Below are positions 1 to 8,880 of a stretch of 64,000 nt of DNA, piece after piece (the stretch's first letter is position 1; each line of letters opens with the position of its first letter). The DNA lies in NCBI GenBank assembly GCA_019420065.1, contig JAHZHX010000001.1, positions 16,176 through 80,175 on the forward strand. The letters run 5' to 3'. The DNA is from Clostridiales bacterium (GTDB lineage: Bacteria; Bacillota; Clostridia; Christensenellales; Aristaeellaceae). The notes below the pieces were generated by a model, which saw only the letters and a list, made by a program, of their open reading frames with translations, was not told where the DNA came from and did not search any database. The position numbers and the translations under genes were made by a program.

Positions 1-23
1 TGAAAATGGTCGCGCCTTTTGCA

Positions 24-311
24 TTAAAAAGATAACGGATAATCAAAAAATATATTTTTTGATCGAAATGATGCGAGAAAATGCTTGGCGGCTATCGGGG
101 GTGCTTCATTGTGTAATAGCTTTATGCTGCCGGTATTGCGAACATCCGCCTCGTAAAAGAATGCAATCTTCTCATATTTTGTACGCACATAATCAAGGAC
201 TACATGCAAAGCCTCATACGCATAGCCCTTGTTTTGCTCAGTCTAAATGATCCAGACGTCTAAATTTCCCACCAACCATTGCAGGCAGAAACTCCTGCAG
301 GAAGGCATAAT
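24..311 (-). pseudogene. Truncated GNAT (RimJ/RimL-like) N-acetyltransferase remnant with in-frame stop
   Basis: Minus-strand frame reads ...LVGNLDVWII*TEQNKGYAYEALHVVLDYVRTKYEKI..., which resembles the Q/RxxGxG-type acetyl-CoA core of GNATs. It has an in-frame TAG (plus-strand cta at 243-245). Only ~95 codons fit before the neighbouring gene, and the C-terminal tail no longer looks GNAT-like. Confidence 0.35.
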
Positions 312-644
312 TTACTCCTTCAAATTCTCCAAAGCAGAAGGATTATTCTCTAAAATTGCCCTGACAGTCGGGCAGCTTGCGAAATCCAGACAAGCAGCGC
401 AGGTTGCAGCGCCTTTTTTTAACGCGCACTGGCGCACCTCGCACATATGATCGCAAAAGACTGTTTTAACGCCTTCAACACGACAGCCTTGGCAGTTGAT
501 ATGTTCGGGAAGGATAGGCGCCTGATTTAATTCTGCCCAGAGCTTTGCGGTTTTTTCCCGCAGTTTCTGGTCGTCGTGAATTGTTGCAAGATATGCGTCG
601 CATTCTTCACAGTTCAGTCCGCAATATGCAATCAGTTTATTCAT
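312..644 (-). CDS. DUF3795-like cysteine-rich protein
   Basis: MNKLIAYCGLNCEECDAY...CQGC...FCDHMCEVRQCA...CAAC pattern typical of DUF3795. GAGGAGG RBS lies 9 nt upstream of the ATG at 644; the track ORF extends to 662. Confidence 0.75.
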   Translation of the reverse strand: MNKLIAYCGLNCEECDAYLATIHDDQKLREKTAKLWAELNQAPILPEHINCQGCRVEGVKTVFCDHMCEVRQCALKKGAATCAACLDFASCPTVRAILENNPSALENLKE

Positions 645-704
645 GCTTGTGAACCTCCTCAATACTTATTTGCTCCTGTTCAGATCCATCCTATCATATT
701 ACAG

Positions 705-742
705 AATAAAATACAAGAACAGCCGCAGCGAACTGCGGCTGT
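705..742 (-). terminator. Intrinsic terminator after the coiled-coil gene
   Basis: 10-bp perfect stem acagccgcag/ctgcggctgt (719-728/733-742) with a cgaa loop. On the minus strand it is followed by a T-rich tract (ttcttgtatttta). Confidence 0.45.
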
Positions 743-790
743 CGATTTATGGAATACTGTTCTTGCGTCAATGGGGATTCTGAGGGTTGT

Positions 791-1654
791 TTATTTCAGC
801 AGGAGATCCTTGAAGGCTTCCCATTCGCCGGCGATGTTTTCTTCGATATTGGCACGCTGCAGGCGATACAGGCTGCCGGCAGGGAAGGTATTTTTGAGCA
901 CGGTGCGCTGTGATACAATACTGTCGATCATGGCGGACAACGCTTCTTTTTCTTCGGTGGTCAGCTTTTCCAGGGCAGCCTCCAGGAGAATGGAAGCGTC
1001 GATATCAGCCTTGGCGGCAATGGCTTCGTCAAGCTGCGTCTGAAGCGCAGCAAGCTGTGCCTCAAGCGCGTCAAGCGTATTGTCGCGGTCAACAATGGTT
1101 TGCTTTAAGACCTCAACCGTGGCTTCCAGGGCGGCGATGGAGGTCGAGGCGCTGCTTAATTCATCAGCCTGAGCGGAAATCGTCTGTACATTGTTTTCCG
1201 CGGCGGTATTCAGAGATTCGATGAGCGCGGCGGCTTCGCTGAGTGCAGTATCCTTTTCGGCAATGCTTTCCTCGTTAGCGGCGATCGTTGCTTCCTTGGC
1301 AGCGATCGTTTCTTTGTCAGCGGCAATTGTTTGTTCATGGACGGCAATAACGGCAGCCTGATCGGCGTTTGTCTGCTCCAGCGCGGCAATGGCGGCGGCA
1401 GCTTCTTCTTTATCCAGCAGCAGCTGGGCCTTTTCGGCCTCAAGCGCGTCAAGGGATTCCTGGAGGGAAGCGGCGTTCTTTTCGGAATCTGCAAGCTTGG
1501 CCTGGTAAGCGGCGGCATCCTGGGCGGCAGCGGCGAGCTGATCGTTCAGCGCGTCCTTATCGCTGCGCAGAGCACCGTTGGCGCTGATGAGCCAGACCAA
1601 AGCGGCGACGGCAATCAATATGGCAACAACGGGGATCCAGATACGTTTCTTCAT
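791..1654 (-). CDS. Membrane-anchored Ala/Glu-rich coiled-coil protein (hypothetical)
   Basis: N-terminal TM helix (IWIPVVAILIAVAALVWLI), then ~220 aa of heptad-like A/E/Q/L/K sequence with four tandem heptads (TIAADKE TIAAKEA TIAANEE SIAEKDT), then a short globular tail. Confidence 0.7.
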   Translation of the reverse strand: MKKRIWIPVVAILIAVAALVWLISANGALRSDKDALNDQLAAAAQDAAAYQAKLADSEKNAASLQESLDALEAEKAQLLLDKEEAAAAIAALEQTNADQAAVIAVHEQTIAADKETIAAKEATIAANEESIAEKDTALSEAAALIESLNTAAENNVQTISAQADELSSASTSIAALEATVEVLKQTIVDRDNTLDALEAQLAALQTQLDEAIAAKADIDASILLEAALEKLTTEEKEALSAMIDSIVSQRTVLKNTFPAGSLYRLQRANIEENIAGEWEAFKDLLLK

Positions 1655-1803
1655 GATGACGACTCCTTTTGCTGTAAGATTGACGCGGGAAAAAACGATA
1701 TAATCAATTTATTCTATTCTATGCATAATGGAAAATTCCTGCAACTGACGGGAGAAAAATACAAAAATTATTGCATTGCTTATTCAGGGAAAAAGCAAAC
1801 CGT

Positions 1804-2337
1804 TCAAGGGGTCAAGGGCTCGGGAGACACTTCCGTCTGCGGGGGCTGCGGAAGTTCTGCCAGCGAAGAAAGCCCGAAATGGGAAAGAAAAGCGTCCGTC
1901 GTGCCATAAAGAATGGGACGCCCCAGGGTCTCTTTACGGCCGACCTCCTCGATCAGCCCCTTGCTGACGAGCGACTGCACGGAATAGTCGCATTTGACGC
2001 CGCGCACCGCTTCAATGTCCAGCTTTGTAACGGGCTGCTTATAGGCAATGACAGCCAAAGTTTCCAGCGCCGCCTGGGAAAGCGACTGCTTTTGCACCGG
2101 CTGCAAAAGCTTTTCGATCTGCGGGGCATAGTCTGCGCGGGTACACAACTGAATGTGCGAACCAAATCGCTTTAGGCTTACGCCGCGGCGCTGATAATCG
2201 TAATCGCTGGCCAGCTCGTCGGCCGCGGCGGAGATTTCAATTTCGGTCACTTCAAGCGCCTGCGCCAGTGCGGCCAGCTGCACCGGCTCGCCGGATACAA
2301 ATAGAATGGCTTCGATAATTTTTGCTAAATCGCTCAT
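1804..2337 (-). CDS. scpB: Segregation and condensation protein B
   Basis: MSDLAKIIEAILFVSGEPV...LSQAALETLAVIAYKQPVTK..IEAVRGV matches the ScpB winged-helix pattern. It lies directly downstream of scpA. Start chosen at the internal ATG 2337. Confidence 0.9.
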   Translation of the reverse strand: MSDLAKIIEAILFVSGEPVQLAALAQALEVTEIEISAAADELASDYDYQRRGVSLKRFGSHIQLCTRADYAPQIEKLLQPVQKQSLSQAALETLAVIAYKQPVTKLDIEAVRGVKCDYSVQSLVSKGLIEEVGRKETLGRPILYGTTDAFLSHFGLSSLAELPQPPQTEVSPEPLTP

Positions 2338-2353
2338 TTGCAAGCTCCTGTAT

Positions 2354-3067
2354 TCAGGCGCAGGACACGGTAATATCGCCATAGATACCATCCTGCGCGC
2401 AGGTAATTTTGCCCAGCTTGAGCAGCTCAAGCAGCGCCAGAAACAGCGTCACAACCTCCTCGCGGGTAGGCGCAGCGCTTAAAAGGGCAAGAAAGGGGGC
2501 ACTTGCGCGGCGCACGCGGCGCAGAATATGCGCCATGCACATGGGCACCGTGTGTTCGTCACGGATGATGCGGCGCGCCTGCTGGGGCGTTGGCTCGTCA
2601 TCCGTTTGCTTGGTACGGGCCAGAACGCGGGCAAAAGCCGCCAGCAAGCCGTCCATTGTCAGCCCTGTCAGTTCAAAGGAGGGCGGCGGAAGGGGGTATT
2701 CTTCCGGCAGCTTGTGGTAGACCAGCGCCGCGGCGCGCTCAAAGGATTGCATATCGGCGGCAATCTGCTTAAAGGAAGCATATTCTTCCAGCTGGCGGAT
2801 AAACGCCGCTTCGGGATCTTCCTCTTCCTCAGCCGGGGGACGCGGCAAAAGCTTGTGGCTTTTGATTTCGAGCAGGCGCGCGGCAACGGTAATGAAGGCG
2901 CTTGCTTCATCCATATCCAGCTCGGGCGCGGATCGAACGGCCTGGATGTATTGATCGGTGATTTCCGAAATGAAAATATCCCGGATGTCGATTTTCGCTT
3001 TATCCAGCATGAAAAGAAGCATATCCAGCGGGCCGTCAAACTGACTTAAATGGTAAGTGATCTGCAT
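2354..3067 (-). CDS. scpA: Segregation and condensation protein A (kleisin)
   Basis: MQITYHLSQFDGPLDMLLFMLDKAKIDIRDIFISEITDQY is the canonical ScpA N-terminus. Start at ATG 3067; the track ORF extends to 3136. Confidence 0.9.
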   Translation of the reverse strand: MQITYHLSQFDGPLDMLLFMLDKAKIDIRDIFISEITDQYIQAVRSAPELDMDEASAFITVAARLLEIKSHKLLPRPPAEEEEDPEAAFIRQLEEYASFKQIAADMQSFERAAALVYHKLPEEYPLPPPSFELTGLTMDGLLAAFARVLARTKQTDDEPTPQQARRIIRDEHTVPMCMAHILRRVRRASAPFLALLSAAPTREEVVTLFLALLELLKLGKITCAQDGIYGDITVSCA

Positions 3068-3077
3068 GGCTGTATCC

Positions 3078-3917
3078 TCAGACAAGACCGACGAGCGCCA
3101 GCAGGGCAGACAGCATGCCGGTTTGTACCCAGTCAATGGCGCGGGAAAGATAGTTGGAGAAAATATCGGTGAAATAGCTCAAGGCCAGCAACGCCAGCAT
3201 CGAGTATTGAAAAACCTTGTGGCTCAGCTTCAGTTTTCCGCGCAGCAGAATGTCGTTGAATACGTGAAAGCCGTCCAGCGGCGGGAAAGGCAGAAGGTTA
3301 AACAGACATGCGCCCAGATTGCACAGGGCAAATTGATAGAGAAAGCGCTGCACGTGCAGCAGCCATGGCGTTTGCAGGTAGGATGCGGCTTCAACGCCCA
3401 GGTACTGGTTCCCCTGCTGTGCGACGACAAGCAAATCCTCGGAATACAGGATTTGATAGAAATTTTCGCCCCGGAAGGAAAGCATGGCCATGGGAGAGGT
3501 ATAGGCTGGGGCAATGCTGGAAAGCTCGCCCGTCCAAAGCAGCTGATGCACGCCAATACTTAGCAAGGTGGCCAGCGTGAACAGCATAAAATTGACGCTG
3601 ACGCCGGCAATGGAAACAAAAAAGTCGTCCCGCCGGGGATGGCGCAAATTGTTGGGATTAACGGGTACAGGCTTTGCCCAGCCCATACCTGCGGTGAACA
3701 TGAGCAGCGTGCCGATCAAGCTTAAATGCCTGAAGGGATTCAGCGACAGGCGGCCCCGGTCGCGCGCCGTGGTATCGCCGCAGAGATAGGCGACATAGCC
3801 ATGGGCAATTTCATGCAGCGTCAGCGCGATCAGCACAGCGGGCGCGCGGTAGAGCATAAAGGTGAAAAATGCAATGGGGTCATTGCGCATCCATTCCAGC
3901 AAAATACTTGCCTCCAT
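3078..3917 (-). CDS. Site-2 protease family (peptidase M50) membrane metalloprotease
   Basis: HEIAHGY HExxH motif inside a TM helix, multiple TM segments, and an LPFPPLDG motif typical of M50B. Confidence 0.85.
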   Translation of the reverse strand: MEASILLEWMRNDPIAFFTFMLYRAPAVLIALTLHEIAHGYVAYLCGDTTARDRGRLSLNPFRHLSLIGTLLMFTAGMGWAKPVPVNPNNLRHPRRDDFFVSIAGVSVNFMLFTLATLLSIGVHQLLWTGELSSIAPAYTSPMAMLSFRGENFYQILYSEDLLVVAQQGNQYLGVEAASYLQTPWLLHVQRFLYQFALCNLGACLFNLLPFPPLDGFHVFNDILLRGKLKLSHKVFQYSMLALLALSYFTDIFSNYLSRAIDWVQTGMLSALLALVGLV

Positions 3918-3977
3918 AAAAAGACTCTTCCGCACAATTATACCGTATGTGCGGAAGAATGGCAAGTTTCATTCTTT

Positions 3978-5147
3978 TCAGCGCCACAAATCGCGAATGC
4001 GCAGGAAGCCTTCCAGATAGCCGGGCAGGCGCACGTCATGCGCAAGGACGGCGGGCAGCTCGGCAACAACGCATCCATTGAGCAGTACACGCGCTGTGCC
4101 GATCTCCTCTCCGGCGCTCATGGGCGCCTGAATGGACTCGGGCAGCTGCAATTCAACGCTGAGCTGGGAGGCCTGGCCGGCTTTGAGCAGCATGGAAAGC
4201 CCTTTGCCAACAGCCACATCGGCGCTTTCCCGCGCGCCGCGGGTCACGGGAACGCTGTATCCGGTCAGCTCGCCGGAGGCGATGACCTGCGTGCGCGTGT
4301 AGGTGGCAAAGCCGTAATCCATCATGGCGCGGGCTTCATCAAAGCGCACCTGGCTTCCCGAAGCGCCAAGCACAACTGCGATCAAACGCATGCCGTTGCG
4401 CGAGGCGGTAGCCGAGAGGCAGTATTTGGCTTCGTTGGTAGAGCCGGTCTTCATGCCGTCGCAATCGGCATAGAAGCGCACAAGGCGGTTGGTGTTGGTC
4501 AGGTCTGTTACGCGTCCCGAGGGGTGCTTGATGCTGGAAAGCCACAGGGACGAGTAGGTGAAATACAGCGGATACTGGCTGACGGCGCAGGAAATGGCGG
4601 CCACGTCGCGCGCGCAGGTGTACTGTCCCTGTGTCGGCAGCCCGGTACAGTTGACATAAACCGTGTTTTTCAGGCCCATTTGCCGGGCCTTTTCATTCAT
4701 GAGTGCTACGAATGCCTGCTCGCTGCCGGCGACGTATTCCGCCAGCGCTACAGCGCTATCGTTCCCGCTGGCAACGATGGTGGCGCGCAGCAGGTCGCCA
4801 AGCGGGTAGCTGGAACCGGCGTCCAGCAGGGCGGTGGAACCGGTCATGCCCGCGGCGGTTTTGGATACGGTTACGCTGTCGTCAAGCGTTATTTCACCGC
4901 GATCCAGGCGCTCCAGCAGCAGAAGCACTGTCATCAGCTTGGTGACGGAGGCCACGGTGCGGCGCTCATCCGCATTTTTTTCAAAGATGACCGTGCCGGT
5001 ATCCGCTTCCAGCAGCATATAGGCCGGGGCGGTCAGCGTCAGCGGCGGCGTGCTCTCGAGCGGCTGCGCGCTGGCGAATGGCAGCGACGTGAAGAGAAAA
5101 ATCCCCGCCAGCAAAAGGGCGGGGATGGCTTTGAAATGATTCCGCAT
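3978..5147 (-). CDS. Serine-type D-Ala-D-Ala carboxypeptidase (PBP5/DacB/DacF-like)
   Basis: Signal peptide, then SVTKLMT (SxxK), SGND (SxN) and KTGST (KTG) motifs in the canonical order, plus a PBP5-type C-terminal domain. Confidence 0.9.
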   Translation of the reverse strand: MRNHFKAIPALLLAGIFLFTSLPFASAQPLESTPPLTLTAPAYMLLEADTGTVIFEKNADERRTVASVTKLMTVLLLLERLDRGEITLDDSVTVSKTAAGMTGSTALLDAGSSYPLGDLLRATIVASGNDSAVALAEYVAGSEQAFVALMNEKARQMGLKNTVYVNCTGLPTQGQYTCARDVAAISCAVSQYPLYFTYSSLWLSSIKHPSGRVTDLTNTNRLVRFYADCDGMKTGSTNEAKYCLSATASRNGMRLIAVVLGASGSQVRFDEARAMMDYGFATYTRTQVIASGELTGYSVPVTRGARESADVAVGKGLSMLLKAGQASQLSVELQLPESIQAPMSAGEEIGTARVLLNGCVVAELPAVLAHDVRLPGYLEGFLRIRDLWR

Positions 5148-5194
5148 ACAAATCCCTCCTGCTTATAGGGATAGTATGCCAAAGGCGTGCGGGT

Positions 5195-5890
5195 TTATCC
5201 GCGCAGACGGGCAAGTTCTGCTTCAATTTCTGCTTTTGTTTTATGGTTGAGGGGGGAGAAACGGCCTTCCAGCGCGGTTTCAAGCTTTTCGATCGCATCC
5301 TGCGTTTTGCCGTTGTCCAAATCATAGCGGGACAGGAACCAGAGCGTGTCAATTTGCGAGGGCTTGATTTCATGCGCCTTAACAAAGAATTCCAGCGCCT
5401 TTTCTTTATCGCCGGCCAAACGGTAATAGACCTGCGCCATGTTGTCCAGCGCGATGGGATCCTCGTCGTCGTATTCCAGGGCGGCCTGGTTGAAGGACAG
5501 CGCTTTTTCGAGGCTGCCCTGCTCAATGTAAAGATAGCCGAGCGCGGCATAGGTATCGCCTGAAGGGGATTTTTGATGCACGCGCTCCAGCAGCGCGACG
5601 GCCTGGTCGATGTTGCCCAGCTTATAATCGGCAACCGCAAAATCAAGCAGCAGCTCGCTGCGGTTCTTGGGATTGATGTCGGCAGCCTTCTGCGCCTTGG
5701 AGAGAATTTCCTTTACCTTCTGGTAATTTTCTTTGCCGCCCTCGCGCAAAAGCATGACGGCCCAGGGCAGCATGTAGGCGCACTGAATTATGCCCCTTTG
5801 GTAGAACGCTTCGTAGGCCGCCTTAGCCTGGGCATTTTCGCCCCGCTGCTGCTTGAGGATCGCGCTGCGGATCTTAAAAGAATCAAACAT
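5195..5890 (-). CDS. Tetratricopeptide repeat protein
   Basis: Repeated 34-aa A/Y/L patterns (AAYEAFY..., YAALGYLYIEQGSLEKALSFNQAALEYD, NMAQVYYRLAGDKEKALEFFVKAHE). Confidence 0.75.
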   Translation of the reverse strand: MFDSFKIRSAILKQQRGENAQAKAAYEAFYQRGIIQCAYMLPWAVMLLREGGKENYQKVKEILSKAQKAADINPKNRSELLLDFAVADYKLGNIDQAVALLERVHQKSPSGDTYAALGYLYIEQGSLEKALSFNQAALEYDDEDPIALDNMAQVYYRLAGDKEKALEFFVKAHEIKPSQIDTLWFLSRYDLDNGKTQDAIEKLETALEGRFSPLNHKTKAEIEAELARLRG

Positions 5891-5971
5891 GCTTTGTTCA
5901 CTGTCCTTCCCGAATCATACGGGAAATAGCATACCCTTTCCGGGAAAGTTTGTCAACCGAAAAAAGAAAAA

Positions 5972-7114
5972 TCAACGATCGTTAATATGACTGCCCGCTT
6001 TGCCGAGAAGCCGGGCATAACGGCGCGTCAGATCGTCAAAGTCGCTTTGTGTGCGCGCGTCCATGGGATGGTCGGCCAGCATCAGCAGTCCTTTGCGCGC
6101 AATGGCGGTCGCTTTGTCAGGATCGTGCAGCTTATGCTCCAGAAGCTTGCATAATGCAATATAAGGCGCTGCGCCGCCCTGACGGGAAGCAATCATTTTT
6201 TCATAAATTGCCGCGGCGGCTTCGGGGCTTTTTCCCCGGCGAAAGCTGTCGGCAAGCCTTGCGCGGCTGAGGGCGCTCATGCTGCCTGCGTCGGCGGCGC
6301 GATAGCAAAAGCGGGCTTCCTCCGTTTTTCCGCGTTTTTCATATACACGGCCAAGGCTGTATATGTCCTGCGTATGCTCGGCCGTTATGGGCGAGGCATG
6401 CAAACCGGCAAGGACGAACAGAAGCCGTGCGAGCGTGGCGATATCCTGCGCGTTATGCCGTAAAATATCGTCGAGCAGGGCGAAATTGCGCGTTTTTAAA
6501 TACTGAAAATACCGCTGCGGAACCTCGGAGCCGGGCAGATCGCCGTTTCGCGGTTTGTGGAAGATATGCTCTTCGAGCGCTGAGAGCGTGCAGCGCTTGA
6601 GCCGGAGCTTCCATACGCGGCGGGCGGTGTGCAATAAATCGGCATGGGGAAGGGCGGCGATATCCATGGGCATGCGCTGCATAACAAAGCGCGAGGCAAG
6701 CAGCGGCATGTCAAAAGAACGGCCGTTATAAGTGACAAGTGTACGGCAGACACGCAGATCCTGCTGCACACGGCGCAGGACAAAAATTTCTTCATCATAG
6801 TCGCGCATCAGATACTGACGCACGGTCAACGTATGTCCCTCGATGACGCCAACGCCTACCAGAAACGCGATTGTTCCCGCGCCTCCAGAAAGGCCGGTTG
6901 TCTCGGTATCAAGAAAAAGCAGCTCTTCAGGGCGGATGCGTTCCGGCAGCATTGGGTCTCCCTGCATGAAGGGCAGAATGCCGTCCGGCAGGAAAAGACG
7001 GTCCAGCCGGAATTGTGTTTCTTTGACATAGCAGTCCTGCGGGAGCGGTTTGGACGCAGCGGGACGCTTGGGCGCGCCCTGGCTGGCGCGCAGTTTGTCG
7101 CGCAAAGACAGCAT
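5972..7114 (-). CDS. RNase H-fold DEDDh exonuclease with C-terminal TPR (YprB/MrfB-like)
   Basis: FLDTETTGLSGGAGTIAFLVG (Exo I D/E), YNGRSFDMPLL (Exo II D), HNAQDIATL (Exo III H/D), followed by a TPR-like tail. This is the same architecture as B. subtilis YprB (MrfB). Confidence 0.75.
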   Translation of the reverse strand: MLSLRDKLRASQGAPKRPAASKPLPQDCYVKETQFRLDRLFLPDGILPFMQGDPMLPERIRPEELLFLDTETTGLSGGAGTIAFLVGVGVIEGHTLTVRQYLMRDYDEEIFVLRRVQQDLRVCRTLVTYNGRSFDMPLLASRFVMQRMPMDIAALPHADLLHTARRVWKLRLKRCTLSALEEHIFHKPRNGDLPGSEVPQRYFQYLKTRNFALLDDILRHNAQDIATLARLLFVLAGLHASPITAEHTQDIYSLGRVYEKRGKTEEARFCYRAADAGSMSALSRARLADSFRRGKSPEAAAAIYEKMIASRQGGAAPYIALCKLLEHKLHDPDKATAIARKGLLMLADHPMDARTQSDFDDLTRRYARLLGKAGSHINDR

Positions 7115-7117
7115 GCT

Positions 7118-8080
7118 TCAGCGATTCTCCTCGAGTGAAAGGTAGGATGATTCCTCGGTGTCGGTATCAACGCGGGGCGCCGGCGAGGGCCTGGGGGTGG
7201 GAAAGCCCTGGTAAACGGCTTGCTGGTAGGTGATTTCGGCGGGCAGATAGCGCGCGGATGCGGCTTCAAGCGCGGCGGTCGGGTCTGCCGCGTCAGCGGG
7301 CAAAAGCGATAAAATGCTGTTGTCTCCGGCGATCAGATCGCTTACGGCGCCTGCCAGCAAATAGGGATTGCCCTGGAGCAGTACGTATTCCGGCAAACGG
7401 CATAGCTGTTCATAATATGTTTCGTAGGGGATGTTGAGCATATGAACAGCCGTGGCATGTGAAATGCCGATATAGCGCAGGTGCCATGGCTCATAGCTGT
7501 ATCCGGTAAAGGGCTGCCATTCGGCTTTATAGCGGATGATAAAACCAAAACGGTGGGCGTTTTCGCTGACCCATTGCCCCTCGGGCGTTTCGGCAAAGTC
7601 TTCGCTGAGGGTAGGCGTGTCCGGACACTGCACATCCATGGCTAATCCCAGCTGATGCTCGCTTTGCCCGGCGCGGGCTACGGTCAAGGAAGCGGCGGCT
7701 CTCCCCACGGCATTGGCTTTTTGATTGAACAGCACCTGCTGCGTGCCATAGGAGCGGTAACCGGACACGGCAAGGAGCTTATAGGCGGCTTCGCGCATAG
7801 CGGCGGCAAAAAGCTGCTCCAGTGCATCGGCAGCCTCCGCGCGCATATAAATACGTTCCTGAAGGCTTTCCTTGCGGGTGTCAACACGGGGCTTGACCAG
7901 ATCGGCAGGCTCATAGCTGCCGCTTAGGTTGACTTCGCGATTGACAAGACAAAGAACGCCTCCTTCCTGCAAAATGGCGGGCAAATCCTCAGCGCATGCG
8001 CTGCTGAACACGAGCATGCATAACAGCAGGCAAACAAAAATTCTCTTTTGCACAACGGCCTCCAATAAAAAACGCGGCAT
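7118..8080 (-). CDS. M15B (VanY-type) zinc D-Ala-D-Ala carboxypeptidase, paralog 3
   Basis: Signal-like N-terminus. Motifs SGYRSYGTQ, SEHQLGLAMD (SxHxxGxAxD) and EPWHLRY (ExxH), plus an ~80-aa C-terminal extension. The start overlaps the stop of paralog 2 by 1 nt. Confidence 0.85.
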   Translation of the reverse strand: MPRFLLEAVVQKRIFVCLLLCMLVFSSACAEDLPAILQEGGVLCLVNREVNLSGSYEPADLVKPRVDTRKESLQERIYMRAEAADALEQLFAAAMREAAYKLLAVSGYRSYGTQQVLFNQKANAVGRAAASLTVARAGQSEHQLGLAMDVQCPDTPTLSEDFAETPEGQWVSENAHRFGFIIRYKAEWQPFTGYSYEPWHLRYIGISHATAVHMLNIPYETYYEQLCRLPEYVLLQGNPYLLAGAVSDLIAGDNSILSLLPADAADPTAALEAASARYLPAEITYQQAVYQGFPTPRPSPAPRVDTDTEESSYLSLEENR

Positions 8081-8880
8081 CAGTGAAAAAACGATGTTTC
8101 CTCGTCGCCGTTTTCATCGGCTTCCCCCGTGCCCTTGGGAACGGGAAGCGTGGTCAGCTGGCGGCAGTATTGCTTAAAGTCGCCGCCCAGCGCTTCAAAG
8201 CTTTCAATATATGCCTGATATTCAGCGGTGAATTCTTCCAGGCACAGGTTGTTTTCCTTCATATATGCGGCGCATTCCGTGCCAACGTAGCGCAGATGCC
8301 ATGGCTCATAATTAATGCCGGTAATCTCCTCTTTATCGGCAAGATAGCGAATGACAAAGCCATATTCATGGCAATGAGCGGCCATCCATTGGGCCTCGGC
8401 GGTTTTGCCAAACTCGGCATTCATGCCGTCCTTCTGCGTCCAGGCATAGTTCAGGATATCAACGCCCAGGCCGGTCTGGTGATCGCTTGAGCCGGGGTAA
8501 GCGACCCAGCCGTCGTCATAGCCGTTTTTGTTATAGCGGTTATAATACATGGTATTCTGGGTTTGATAGCTGCGATAAGCGCTTTTGACGTAGAGGGTAT
8601 AGCCTGCTTCCTGCGCGGCGGAAAACATATCAAGCAGTGCCTGGTGCGCCTGCTCGCGCATTTCAAAGGAGCCGACGCGCTTGGCGGTGATCTTGACCAG
8701 GTCATCGGGGATATAGGTCGAATCCAGCAGACTTTCACGGTTGGCCAGCGTCAGGTAGCCCTGATTGTTTTGCAGCGTCAGCGCGCCGATGGGGTAGTTC
8801 CACACGGGAGTCTCTGGCTCTGCCAGGGTGCAAAAGGGGAGCAGAAGTGCAAGCAGCAGAAAGCTGAGCGCTTTTCTCAC
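8080..8880 (-). CDS. M15B (VanY-type) zinc D-Ala-D-Ala carboxypeptidase, paralog 2
   Basis: Signal peptide MRKALSFLLLALLLPFCTLA. Motifs SAYRSYQTQ, SDHQTGLGVD and EPWHLRYVG. GTG start in a GTGA overlap with the paralog 1 stop. Confidence 0.85.
   Translation of the reverse strand: MRKALSFLLLALLLPFCTLAEPETPVWNYPIGALTLQNNQGYLTLANRESLLDSTYIPDDLVKITAKRVGSFEMREQAHQALLDMFSAAQEAGYTLYVKSAYRSYQTQNTMYYNRYNKNGYDDGWVAYPGSSDHQTGLGVDILNYAWTQKDGMNAEFGKTAEAQWMAAHCHEYGFVIRYLADKEEITGINYEPWHLRYVGTECAAYMKENNLCLEEFTAEYQAYIESFEALGGDFKQYCRQLTTLPVPKGTGEADENGDEETSFFH

Noticed and set aside
3726-5168. 480-aa plus-strand ORF.
   Set aside because: It is codon-aligned antisense to the serine D,D-carboxypeptidase (SxxK/SxN/KTG on the minus strand) and to part of the M50 protease. 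The sequence is Gly/Ala/Arg-rich noise.
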